Source: Amoebophrya sp. A120 (taxonomy: Eukaryota > Protista > Dinoflagellata). From it: a stretch of 64,000 nt of DNA. Positions within the stretch are counted from its first letter, which is position 1. Every line of letters starts with the position of its first letter. The translations under genes were made by a program, and so were the position numbers. Location of the stretch: contig CAJINV010000013.1 in the NCBI GenBank assembly GCA_905178155.1, forward strand, positions 734,344-798,343, read 5' to 3'. Positions 39,214-50,866 of this stretch are shown here, one piece after another. The notes beneath the pieces are model-generated. The model saw only the letters and a program-made list of their open reading frames with translations. It did not search any database and was not told the DNA's origin.

Positions 39214-42200
39214 ATGTGGAATGCTCCTCATTATCGAGGCGCAGGAGCATTCAGTAGGGCGTCAGCAGCGTTCTCGCTGTCCTCGCGATGCTCCTCCCGC
39301 ACCGCGGCGAGTTGTACCACGATCATGCGCGTATTCGCGCGATCGTGCTTTTTGGGCACGCTCTGGCTGTATCTTTTCCACGGCGACTTAGACTTTTTTG
39401 ATGAACAAAGTGGGTGCGGTCGTGGGAAGTTAGCCAATAGGACAAGTAGCAGGAACAGAGGTCACAGGCGGAAGGTCGGGACGACCGATGTACTAGTACC
39501 TGGAACTCTACTACAAGAAGCTAGATCTGAGAGGACATTAGCAGCAGACCCGGCCTCCACCTGCTCGAGGAGCGGCACAACGACGGGAGCAAACCAAGTA
39601 GAAGGCTCGTGTAGAAGTCAACAACAACAAGTAGAAAGACGCGTGGCGGCTCCCTGTGCTAATGTAGTTTCGAGGTCGTCCTCCTACTCTGGGCCGATAT
39701 TCGCCGCCCGTGCCATCAAAATCGTGCAGCAGAACGTCGACCGGCACGGTGCCCGCCGATCGAAAAGAACTACGCGTCACCGGAAACAACTACCCACGGC
39801 GCAACAAGGAAGTACTAGCCACAAGACTGCCAGAAGTTTGCCAAGCTCCCGCGGCCACTCATCCCTCGTTTTTATGGGCACCACGACCAGCAGAAGATCA
39901 CCTACACCTGCGTCGGGAAATAAAATCAGTACAACGACAAGCGCTTCGCGAACGAGCACATCAACCAGGAGTAGAGATCGAAGCGTGGAGCACCATGGGG
40001 AACAAAGTGCCGCGAAAACGTCAGGAGAAGATGAATCTGCTCTTTTGCAGCGAGACGATGTGAAACTACCTCCTTCGCGGCCAACTTTGGCGGGGGGCGA
40101 GCGGAGAGATCATAAAGAAAAGACGCAAAGTAGAGCGCCTGCAACGCGGCCGCCCGGAGGTCTCGCTTCCGTGAAAAATAATATCAAAGCGGATCAAGAA
40201 GAAGAAGGAACACCATGGGCGGGCCAACTTTTATCCGAGGGGGCCGTTGAGGAAATTATACCTCTCTCAAGCACAAGATCCACCTCCATTGCGGGTCGTA
40301 GTTTCAGCAAATTTATTAAAGTAGAGGATGAGAAGCGACGAACCTTTCTGGCACTTCTCGGCGTTGGGACCACATCCAGTGCTGGGAGAAAAAGACAACT
40401 TCATCTACCGACGGCAGACAATTATCGAGATGAGGATGGCATCGAAAAATCTACTAGATCTTCCGGTAGAACAAGTTCCAGTGATATAGAATTCTTTCCG
40501 CCTCCGGCGACTGGAGCGCCACACCATCACGTCGAAGACGACAATGCGATAAAGATTGGAAATAGAAGCAGTAGAAACGAAAAAGTAAAACAAGGTACAT
40601 CAACTTCTACATCCTCCTCTCCTCCAGATGAGGTTGTTGACCGCAGTAGTTTTCTCCACCTGGCAATAAAGGATAAGGCCACAACAACTGCTAGGCGGAA
40701 AAAGGTCCAGTTACACGCGGACCTAACGTCCCGACCAGAGGACGAAATAAAGCCCCGGCCGACCCAGTCGGGCGGATGCCTAGCTGGCTGTTTCCAGGAA
40801 CAGGAAGAAAACGAGGTCCCCCAGCGACTCGCTTCCAGGACGACCCCGACAGAAGAAGTAGAGCTACACGTCGAAGATGCTGACCACGACACTAGTACAG
40901 CAGAAGATGTTGAAAAGGATGACAAAACAAGTGCAGCGGCCACCAGCAATCGTCCAGATAGTAATACTGGTACTGCTGTACATGAACGACTGGCTGCCCG
41001 CGAAGAACTCTCCGAGCAGGACGAGCACGCGGGGCCCCCAGCACCTCATGACCCACGAGACCGTCGCGATTCAAGATCGCGTACTCCTACTTCCGATCGG
41101 GACGAGATATTGTCACCAGACGCAAGCAGCGCACACAATTCTGATGCAGGCGGGGGAGGAGGCGGAACTGCCCCTGGAGAAGATGAGGAAGGGCGCTCCG
41201 CTGACAGCGACGCCGTAAGGTTCGTGCCACCTCCTTTATCCAAGAAAAAAACATTGTAGGTGTAACTTTCTTGGAGGATTAGCATGACAAATATCTCTCG
41301 CATGACAGCAAAAACCTGTCGTGCGCAGATACTACATGAAAACGCCCTTTAATGAGCCCTACGATGCATGCCAAGCATGACAGACGCAATCATCTTGCAT
41401 GTTGCGCATTACAAATTTACACTAACAACGTTTTTTTCTTGGATATCCTTCTCAAGACGGCGAAAAACGACGCGGTGACGATGAAGAAAATGAAGCCGTG
41501 GAGACCTTTTGGACCGCACCCGGGAAGCACATCGATTGGGTGTTAAAACACCCGCAGGCGGTGTGGATTGTGGGTGGGGTCGTCCTCTTCTTAAGGCTCA
41601 AAAAAATCCATCCGCTCAACGGCTCCCAAAATGTTTGAAGCCTGGCCAGAAAAAAGGCATCTGCGCAAGAAGACACGCGCAGCAGTTTGTGACGCTCGGC
41701 TTCGTGAGCGCGTTCGCGCTGCAAAGTAGCGATTTGATTTTTTGAACCTTTTTGCGGGCCTTCATTTGTGATCGTGTGCCTTTCGGGGCGGAAAAGGAGC
41801 TGGGAGCGTTTTATCATCGTTTCCCGCTCTTTCGCAAGACTCTGTGACTTGCAGAGCTTGCAAATTTCTTTCAAACTTCATTTGAAGTTCAAATTTGACT
41901 TGAAGCTTTTAGTCAAATTTGAACTTCAGCCGAAGTTTGAGAGAAATGAATTAGTCCCACAAGTGGGCCCAACAAACAAATTTCCAATAGGATTCGGCGT
42001 TTTCCGGACTTCTGTCGGACACCGCTGAAGGAGTAGAGCAAACAAATGTGAGCAAAAAATTGAATACCGGCAAATGTACGCGAAACGGTGAAAGGTAGGA
42101 AAAGGCTGTCAAAATGGTCGCAACTCGTGTTTTTTGATGCTCGATGGGGGGCGCTTTACAAACTACAGCCACAGCATCGGCGACGGCATGCAAAGTGCAG

Positions 42201-45200
42201 CTGTGATATGAGTACGGTCTCGCCAACCGCATTGCAACAGCTCGCGCACGCAGATCGCGCAAAGTGCTTGGCTTTGCTCTTCGAATGCGAAGCGGGGCCC
42301 TATCGACTTTTCATCCCTTGCAAGAATTACTTCAGCAAACATTTTGGGAACCGGGCTCGGAATGGATTTTTTTCACCCCTAATCTTCCTGCTGGTGGTGT
42401 GCTTTGCGATAGGCCTCGCGGTCTACTACTGGTGCTGTTGTTGCAATTATAAAACTGGCGGAGAAGAAGAGGATTTAGAGGACAATAAAGAACATGGTAG
42501 TAGAACGATAGGCACTGCAACTACAGAAGGCACAACAAGAACTGGAGCAGCTAGTACAACGGTTGTGCAGTCCCCTCCACCTCCACCTGCACCAGCTGCA
42601 CCGGACTACTATATCGGAGAGCGAGGCGCAAGGCTTGAAGGTGGCGCAACGCGAGCCACGACAGCGACGGGCTACAGTTCGACACGGGAGCAGCACCACG
42701 GGGGTATAATGATAATCGCAAGCTGGTGCCCGTGTTGCAGCGGCATTTTCGGAGTAGACGAGCAGGATCCTGCAAATTGTAATAACGGGAAAAGAACAAA
42801 AACACCAACGGAGAATGGGCCTGGTGGACCAGTCTCCGTGGATGTTTTTGCGTGGACGGCGCAGGGGGACCCGGTCGTGGACGGCGCAGGAGGAGCTGCA
42901 CCTGTTTCTGCTGCTCCCATTACCGTGTCTGCCGCCCATATGGAAGCGTCAGGTTTGAAATCGACAAAGTTGAAACGATTTGCCATGCATAAAATGGATA
43001 CCAGTTGGAAGCCCAATTTCCAAGCGGCGCATGACAAATTCTCGGAGCAACGGAATCCAATTTGTCATGCTGTTTGGGCACAGAAGACTGCTTTTGTCCT
43101 GCTCCTTTAGCAGCTCTATCCCAAACCCTAAATAGGCTCACAATCTGCCTCGCTTGCCATCCCTGCAAGAGAGGCGCTTCATGTCTTGCAGTTTATGCAT
43201 GAGAAATTATTTCAACTTTGACGATTTCAATCCTGACGCTTCCATAGCCCAGGCCGCCGAGTTGATGCAAATGAACGCCGTTGACGCCCGCGGGGAGCTT
43301 CTGATGTTCGCCACCCCCTTATCCTGAGTAAAAACGTACCCACACCAGAGCTGTAATGCAGATTTGCAAAGACAGGAAGACTTGTAATGCGCATCCCCAT
43401 GAGAGCCATTTCCAATCGTGTTTTGAAATTTGTGATGCTGTGAACAGGATGAGCAGATGAATCTGTGACGCGGCTGCACTTGCTAACCAGCACTACACTG
43501 CGGAGTGCAATTTGTCATGCGTGACTCCCAAAACTCCTAGGCTTGTGCTGCAAAATCCCCATCCTGACTCTGGTGTGGGGACGTTTTTACTCAGGATACC
43601 CCTCCGGGCAGCTGCTCTCGCCCGCGGAGGTACACGCCTTGGCGGTGGAAGAGGGGAGCGCGAGCGGGCTGCCTGGTGGCCAGACGTCCAGTTTGTTCCT
43701 GCACATTCTCAGTGGCCAGGACGAGTCGGGCGTTGTCTCTTTCGACAACGCGCGCGGTGGTGGAGGACCGCCTATTACAGCCCAGCAATCCCCTGGTATT
43801 CTAGTCGGAGAGGACCAGATGATCTACTCCAGCCATGGAAGATATGGAAGTGTCACGTGTGAAATCGACAATAAAGTGAAAGTTGAAACAAATTTGTGAT
43901 GCAAGAAAACAAACGCATTATATGTAAGTAAGTATCTATAGCGTAGCCATAGAAGAGTGCGAATGCCTGTATTAAAGAGCAGGCAAGTTGTGACAGCGAA
44001 GGCCGCGATTGTGTGCCTCTTGGTCGTTGGGTATGGAGCTCGAGCTGCTGAATAAGTCGAATAGGAAGAGAGGTCTGCATTCCGCGCCAAACAGCCCGAG
44101 AAATCTGATTGCGATGCTGCCAAAATTTTAATTTGTCATATAATTGCGCGACGTGGAGGTGCATCTGCATCTGCAAGCGTGATGAATTATTGCAAACCAT
44201 TTCCTTCGAGTTAATATTTGTCGATTTCGAGCCTGGCACCCTGATAGCCAACCCGTTGCGGAGGTAGTTGCGCAATCGCCTCGGGGTGTTCCACTCGGAG
44301 CCAAGACGCCGTCCGTGAACGCGATCAGACTGTTGGTTCAGGACCCACGTGCGGATCTACCCTTTCTATCGCCTTTGTCGACCTTCACAAACAAAATGGT
44401 CAATGACTTGGTCGACGGAACAGGCGGTGGAGCACCAGCGGGCGCCAATGACAGCCGAAACAGGCGCCGGGCCTCCAGTGTCGGTTATGAGTATACAGTG
44501 GTGCCAAAAATACCGTCAGTCCAACCAGCAACGGACTCCATTTTGAGGTACGAAATCGAAAATGCTCACCAAGTAATGTGGTCCGCGCCTGGTACTAGCA
44601 CTAGGACTAGGAGTAGTTGTAAACTAAGTACAAACATCGCACACCTCGCACCTTTCAAGAAAAACATCAGGCTCACGCCATCAGCTAACTATGATCAGCA
44701 GAGATGAAGCATGATCTCCATTGATGAACGATATCATTATCATATGAACGAGCTGGAGCTACTTTGGTTTGCATGTAGTTGCGTCAAAGTTCTTCGACCG
44801 CCTTCAACGAACTCTGTGTCCTCTGGATACTTACACCGAAGAGCAGTAAGAGACTGACAGTCTCGCGTGAGAGTTGCGAGTTACTAGAACAAGCAATGCT
44901 ATTTGAATTTGATGTTAGTACCAGAAGCGGCAAGATTTCTTGCGTTGCATATCACGGAGGTAGCCGGAAAGAACGTGATGGGGCTGGATTCGGACATGGC
45001 TATCGTTGCGGAGCCTGAGAACAAGCAAAAGCAGGGTAAGAAAAAACTGGATCATGCCAAAAAGAAGCTGCGACAAGTCACCGGTTTGAATAAAAAACCT
45101 GTGAAACCTAAAGTGTTCGTGCCGGGTCCGATGGACGGCGGAGTTGCCGTGGTCCTCGCTTCGCCATCCCCCCGCGATCGGCCTAGCAACCTCGTCCCAG

Positions 45201-45718
45201 CAGGAGGTGGAGTGCAACCTGGTGCAGAAGCAGGAGCTCAAGGCACTACAACATCTTCTACTCCCCTGCCCGCCGGCGCCGCCCCGCTGGCCCTTACTCC
45301 CAAGACAGCGTTCGAGATGAATCCGCAGATGAATAATAATAAACTAGTTGCCGCAGGAGGTCGCGGTGGCACTGGCACCGTCGCCGCCCCCGCCCTCGTT
45401 CCGGTTATAGCAGTGAGAATGGGCGGCTCTTCCAAGAAATCCCGTGGAACGATGAATGCGGTTGAACCAGGAGACCAACCTAGTCCCATTTTTACGAGTC
45501 CCTCCGCAAGCAGGCAGGGATCGAAAACCGCGGCTCCCGACCACCGCGGCGCGCCAGTAGAACAACCCGATCTGGGGGTTCCAATTACGGATCCGTTGTC
45601 GGACCTTATTCAGCTCGGAGGTAAACCCCGCCCACCAATCACTCGCGATGCCTACTTTACGTGGGACAAAACCAACGACACGTTTGCGAAGCCGGCGTAC
45701 TCGTTTGAAGACCGATAA
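39214..45718 (+). CDS. Large predicted membrane protein; five introners plus unresolved introns around 44600-44920
   Basis: ORFs 39121, 42088, 43543 and 44315 join in frame. The transmembrane helix AVWIVGGVVLF|LLVVCFAIGLAVYYW is reconstituted across the 41591 insert. The link to ORF 44903 is inferred. Confidence 0.72.
41237..41445. mobile_element. TAT..ATA introner, DR tcctt (family 3)
   Basis: IR tatccaagaaaaaaacattg / caacgtttttttcttggata; removing 214 nt opens the frame. Confidence 0.94.
41591..42382. mobile_element. Long TTA..TAA introner variant (792 nt), DR tcttc
   Basis: IR aaaaaaatccatccgctcaacggctcccaaaatgtttg / caaacattttgggaaccgggctcggaatggattttttt; removing 797 nt rejoins a transmembrane helix. 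Confidence 0.87.
42939..43246. mobile_element. TAT..ATA introner, DR gccca (family 2, inverted relative to 33791)
   Basis: IR tatggaagcgtcagg / cctgacgcttccata; removing 313 nt opens the frame. Confidence 0.95.
43320..43598. mobile_element. TAT..ATA introner, DR cccct
   Basis: IR tatcctgagtaaaaacgtacccacaccagag / ctctggtgtggggacgtttttactcaggata; removing 284 nt joins to ORF 43543. Confidence 0.95.
43837..44246. mobile_element. Diverged family-2-like introner with an altered left end, DR gccat/gccaa
   Basis: Left end ggaagatatggaagtgtcacgtgtgaaatcgac, right end gtcgatttcgagcctggcaccctgata; removing 415 nt joins to the frame of ORF 44315. Confidence 0.7.
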
Positions 45719-46465
45719 ACAACTAAAATCATTTTCACTCTTCTTCATTAAGAGGAGGTCTTTTTTTCTATGTCAAAGTTACTGTTACAGTATGACTACT
45801 TAATTTGAAACTCAAATCTCAAATTTATCTTCGACGTCTACCCTTTTTATTCACCGAAAAAAACGTTTCGCTTTATCCATGTTGTGTCGACGCAAAAAAT
45901 GACGCTACTGAAAAATAGTTTCATTTTCGTTTGGACGGTCGAAAACAACATGAAGTCGCACGACCCGCTCTACTTCGTGCAATTGTTGTGACAGAACTCA
46001 TGCACTCGTTGGTTTTCAATTTCAAATGCTCCAACAAAGTAATAGGAATAGAGCAACGGTTCTCTTGTTGTTCTTTGTGCTTAGCTGCGTTCCGTCGTCG
46101 AGCTGCAACACCTTCTAGTAAGTATCAAAAAAAAAAAAAAAACGAAATCGTGGCCAGAACATGAACTTGCACACCTTCGTCGTGTAGTAATTGTGCGTAC
46201 GTCCACGCTCATCTTACTTGTATTGCTCGTGGTTGAGCTCGTCCGTGAGTTACAACTTTTTCGTGCTCGTGCTCGTGTCGTTTAAAAAGCGCCCCTTTCC
46301 GTGTCGTCCTTTGTCGTCGTTCTTAAAAGAAAATCTTCTATGGAGGTCGTCGCGGCTGAACTATTACACACCTCATTGAACAACATGTTTGCTATTTTCA
46401 CAGGAACATGATACCCACGCTGCATGATGTAGCGGCACTACAACTCGCAGATTTAGGTCGAGTGG

Positions 46466-49400
46466 ATGATACAGGACGACAGCATGTCCTGCTCGCGTAG
46501 AAGTAGTACTAGCAGGCCCTCCACCAACACGAGGACCCTTGTAAGTGGCCTAGTAGCTGCTCCTGCTGGTCGTGTGTCGGTTCTCCAGTGTCGTTTGTAC
46601 AAGCTTCTCACCTTCTTTCTCGCAACTGGATTGATAGTGTATCAGCAAGAAGTAGACGACGAGGAGTCGGATATAGTTATTTCAGGAGTCCGATATTCAT
46701 ATTTTGACGTATTAGGTGAACTTGAAGATGAAGAACTCTACTCTGGCTTTCTTGCCAACGAGAACCAACTCACTAGGCCACCGATAGGGAAAAATGCTTC
46801 TCCACCTTCAGAATTGCACGGTCAGAGCAGTTGTTGCAGCTTTCGCGCATTCTCAGGAGCAGCAAGTACAAGTAGAACGCCAAAAACAACTTCTCGTCCA
46901 GTCCCCTCTTCATTTTCACTTTTCGCAAAAGCAGCGATACTCTTAACCGACGCGCGGCGGGTGAGAGTAGAGCACATCGTAGTTGACGATCAGCATCAGG
47001 AACAAGAACGAGTGGAGAATAAACAGACCAAATTTTCATTTTCACCGACGATCGCAAAAAACTCAGCACAAAAACCATTACTGCAACGGGGTAAACAGAA
47101 AGCGAGGAGGACGACCGCGGCAAGAGCCGCGACGAAGCTCGCAGAAGGTGTGGAGCTGGGAGAAGATGAGGCTACAGCACGAGCCGGAGTCCCCCTGCCG
47201 TTGTCGCTGCTGGTGCGACGAGCAGGTGTCGTTCGGAACAGGACGGTGACCAGAAGAACAATAGCAAGTTCTACAACTTCATCATCCCGCCAAGTTGTTC
47301 TCCCAACTAGAAACAAGAACATTACCCCCGTGGTAAGCACAGATAATTTTGACCACCGAAGAAGTAGAAAACCAAAAAGTACGAAAGCACCGCCAGCACC
47401 TGCAAAACCTACAGAAGAAGTTGCACCTCAAGAACAACAGCAGAACCAAGGAGCTGCTCACACGCTCGGGGTGGAGGAAGAAACCAAAACCGAAACGGAA
47501 ACCACTAGCGCTACATTAAGCACGAGGACTTCTTTGCAGGAGTCGACTGTGGAATCGCGATCTGTAAGAACTACGACCTCCTCTGCTCCTCCTAGAGGGC
47601 CGCAAGAAAATCTTCATCAAGGTGCCGCGGCCTCGTCGACTAGTATCACTGCAGCAACTGGATCTGGATCATCTACGACCTCGTCCACCGCGACCTCAAC
47701 TACAGCAGCATTGAAAAAAAATCTGAAACACGTGTTGGCTTCCCGGAACAAATTGCGACTAAGGCTTGTCCTCAGCGAAAACGTGAGGCGGAACCAAGTG
47801 AAGAGGGACGTGGTCTTCCAAAATGCGGTAAACCGAGGCCTGATAGACGCGCTGAATCAGGCGATAGATGAGAAAGAGACTCAAGAACTACTTGCCGCAC
47901 AAAGAACCACAGGGGCGGGTGGGAATGGGATATTAAACGGGGAGAACAAGAACATTAGCAGCAGCAGTTCGGACGAGGACGATGTTGAGCAGTTCGCGGT
48001 AAAAAGAACTCACAACAAGCCGAGCGTGAAGGACCTCACAAAGGCGCAGACGCTGCGCAAGATCGCCGTTTCCGAAATAATTGCAGAAGAAAATGAAACT
48101 ACAGAAGATGATCATCCAGCACCAGCTGGTATTGGAGATCATCAAGACCAAGTTCCAGTTCGGAACAAGTTTCTTGCTGAGGCAATCCTCCAATTTTCCG
48201 TGCGTGTCGAGGACCCCTTGGTCAGAGAAATTTTAAGAAGCATGTGGCTATTCAAAGAGGAAGATACAGAATCTGCAGAAGGAGAATCCGTGGAGGCGAG
48301 TGCAGGAGCAGGTGCAACATCCGCGTCATCTCCAGCGGTGAAGAACCTTCGTCACGATCCGGCTTTGGTTCCCAGCCTGTCGGCAATAGGAACCAGTATC
48401 TGGGGTGCTGTCAAGCAGGAGCAGGACGACGCGAGACAACACGAACAAGAAGTACAACACACGATGGAAGGAGCGTCTGCTTCAAGGGTGAAAGTGAAGA
48501 CCAGCACGTCAACGTCGTCCATTGTCTCTTTGATAGAGAAGGTCGAGGCCAGCGTGGTTCGAAGCAACGTGTTTTCTGGTCAAAATCAGAACGATTCCGA
48601 CGAGAAACCTGATTCAACAACCCTGGACGATGAGAGCCCAATCCATGCAGCTCCTGCGCCGATGAACTATATCCATTTACTGAATGACAATGAGTCGAAA
48701 AGTGCCGGCACGGCACAAAATCATACGGGAAATGTCTCAGAACAAAATCAAACTGGCAGAGCAGGACCAGGATCATCTACATCTTCCGAGCAGGCGCTGC
48801 AAACGTCAAACCACAATGTCTCGTCCTCGGCCCCCTCGGAGGCTCCGACCACAGAACGCGCGCTGCTCAACGCGGCCGATACAAATGAGCTTGCTCTACT
48901 TCAGCCTAAATCTCCCGGCGCATTGATGCTCCTCGTAGTCGGTGCCATTGTGTTCTTTGTCGCCGGCGTGACTTTACTTGGCTATTGCGCGGCTCGGGAC
49001 CGCATTTTTACAGGAGGCACATTATCTGGCGGAGGAGGAGGCCACGGCGATCCGGCAGCAGGAGCGGCCGCAAGAAGCGGAGGTGGCACCGGAGGACTGG
49101 AACTATTCGAGGATGAGGAAATAAATGGAGATCATGCTCTTCAGCTTGGTGTGACCGGAGGACAGACGCAGAGAAGCAAGAACTCCGATCCGAGAGCGAG
49201 AAATCAGAATTCCCCTCCTGAGGCAGGAGGAGATAGAGGTCTTTACAACTCCTTAACGTCTAGCGGTCGCGAGATTCAGCGGTTCAATGAGCAACAACAC
49301 GTCGCACCGACTTCAGACCAAATAACCGCCCAGCTCGAGTCCAGGACGACGCTGCCTGACAGCCGGCTGACTGTTGACGCGTCGTTAACTACACCAGAAC

Positions 49401-50170
49401 TTGCTGCCTCTTCTGTGGCGCTCGTTTCTGCGGGTGCTGGAGGAGAGGAAGACTATCCGAGCCAGTTCGCCGGATTCGGGGTGCTGCCGCCAGTTGTGCC
49501 AGCCTCAGCCGCAACCATTCAACTGAACAAGTACGGTCGCGTTGTTGATAAAATAAATGAGAAGCCGACCACCGCTACTGCGGGCTCTGCGAGAAATTCG
49601 CCATCTGCTCGCGTAGTAGAAGAAGTAGGGCCAGTAGGAGTTGCACCAGCTCCAGAAACAGGAACGGTAACAGCTGTAACTACAGGTAATAGACATAAAC
49701 CTCGACCTCCCGAAGAACAAGTCGTGAGTCATATTAAACTACTGCAAAGCAAGAAAGGCGCCTCGTCCTCGACATTGCAGGCACGCGGTCACCAACACAC
49801 CAAGAAAGCAGCAAAGCCGACCAAGCGAAAGACCCCGGATCTTCATGCGAAATCAACATCCAAAGTGGCGCTCGGCGGCGATTTCCATGGAGGCGAAGCA
49901 GAGATAATTCACAACATGTATCAGTCGGTAGCAAAGGCGTTGATTCGATCACCATCGGCTGCATCTTCGCACAAATCATCAGTCTCAGGAAAGTCATCGG
50001 CTTCCTCTGCACGAAGCGCATCTTCAAGGGGCAGCAGACCGAGTGCTGGGCTAGCATTACCATCGCGCGCGCATGCTTCAGAAAAAAAATCATCAAATTC
50101 CTCTGGGACGCGAAACGCATCAAGAGGCAGCACCAGACCAAGCGCTGGGCCAGCAGTACCACGCCCGTGA
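46466..50170 (+). CDS. Uninterrupted 1234-aa predicted membrane protein of unknown function
   Basis: One long ORF with hydrophobic segments LLTFFLATGLIVY and LMLLVVGAIVFFVAGVTLLGYC. Confidence 0.8.
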   Translation: MIQDDSMSCSRRSSTSRPSTNTRTLVSGLVAAPAGRVSVLQCRLYKLLTFFLATGLIVYQQEVDDEESDIVISGVRYSYFDVLGELEDEELYSGFLANENQLTRPPIGKNASPPSELHGQSSCCSFRAFSGAASTSRTPKTTSRPVPSSFSLFAKAAILLTDARRVRVEHIVVDDQHQEQERVENKQTKFSFSPTIAKNSAQKPLLQRGKQKARRTTAARAATKLAEGVELGEDEATARAGVPLPLSLLVRRAGVVRNRTVTRRTIASSTTSSSRQVVLPTRNKNITPVVSTDNFDHRRSRKPKSTKAPPAPAKPTEEVAPQEQQQNQGAAHTLGVEEETKTETETTSATLSTRTSLQESTVESRSVRTTTSSAPPRGPQENLHQGAAASSTSITAATGSGSSTTSSTATSTTAALKKNLKHVLASRNKLRLRLVLSENVRRNQVKRDVVFQNAVNRGLIDALNQAIDEKETQELLAAQRTTGAGGNGILNGENKNISSSSSDEDDVEQFAVKRTHNKPSVKDLTKAQTLRKIAVSEIIAEENETTEDDHPAPAGIGDHQDQVPVRNKFLAEAILQFSVRVEDPLVREILRSMWLFKEEDTESAEGESVEASAGAGATSASSPAVKNLRHDPALVPSLSAIGTSIWGAVKQEQDDARQHEQEVQHTMEGASASRVKVKTSTSTSSIVSLIEKVEASVVRSNVFSGQNQNDSDEKPDSTTLDDESPIHAAPAPMNYIHLLNDNESKSAGTAQNHTGNVSEQNQTGRAGPGSSTSSEQALQTSNHNVSSSAPSEAPTTERALLNAADTNELALLQPKSPGALMLLVVGAIVFFVAGVTLLGYCAARDRIFTGGTLSGGGGGHGDPAAGAAARSGGGTGGLELFEDEEINGDHALQLGVTGGQTQRSKNSDPRARNQNSPPEAGGDRGLYNSLTSSGREIQRFNEQQHVAPTSDQITAQLESRTTLPDSRLTVDASLTTPELAASSVALVSAGAGGEEDYPSQFAGFGVLPPVVPASAATIQLNKYGRVVDKINEKPTTATAGSARNSPSARVVEEVGPVGVAPAPETGTVTAVTTGNRHKPRPPEEQVVSHIKLLQSKKGASSSTLQARGHQHTKKAAKPTKRKTPDLHAKSTSKVALGGDFHGGEAEIIHNMYQSVAKALIRSPSAASSHKSSVSGKSSASSARSASSRGSRPSAGLALPSRAHASEKKSSNSSGTRNASRGSTRPSAGPAVPRP

Positions 50171-50866
50171 TATGCTTCAGGACATTTCCACTCACGACAG
50201 ACTTCTTCCGCAATATGACTATGATGTATCTATGAGCTTTTACTAGTTATGTACACGACTGAGACCGATTTTTTTTTGAAAAGATGAAGATAACACTATC
50301 TGGTCGAGTCAATTGATCTTCGTCATTCATCATCACACCTCTGGAAAACAGAATATTCCGTCAGAAAAAAACCAATATGATGATGGATGTTCTTTTTTCT
50401 TGTTCGCCTCGGCGCTGCACTACTACTAGAAGAGTCGTGAACCAAAAAATTCAATGACCGCGTAAGGTGAAGCTCTTGATCCATTGATTTGAAGAGGAAG
50501 AGTGAGAGCCGTGGTTGTGTTGGTGCTGGGTTGGGATCTGTCTATCAACATGTAAGAACTCAGAGTCGCGCAGTACCAGAGCCTAAAGCTTTATTCATGT
50601 TTACCCGCGCACTTCCCATTTATCATTCGGTCAGATTTGATTTCTATTGTTTCTGCTACTGGGACGTGATACTATTTTCCGTTTGACGTCGGTTTGGTTG
50701 TGTTGCTGTTGTTGCTCCTCCACCTCCACTAGTGTGTGGTAATATTACAGACCGAGGTTGGCGATGGAACGTCGCAGCTTAGCAGCTCATCCCTTCGCAG
50801 CTTTTTTGTTATTAGTAATAAAATAGAAACATACCATTATGAGTTTCATATGGCTACGGGTTTCTA

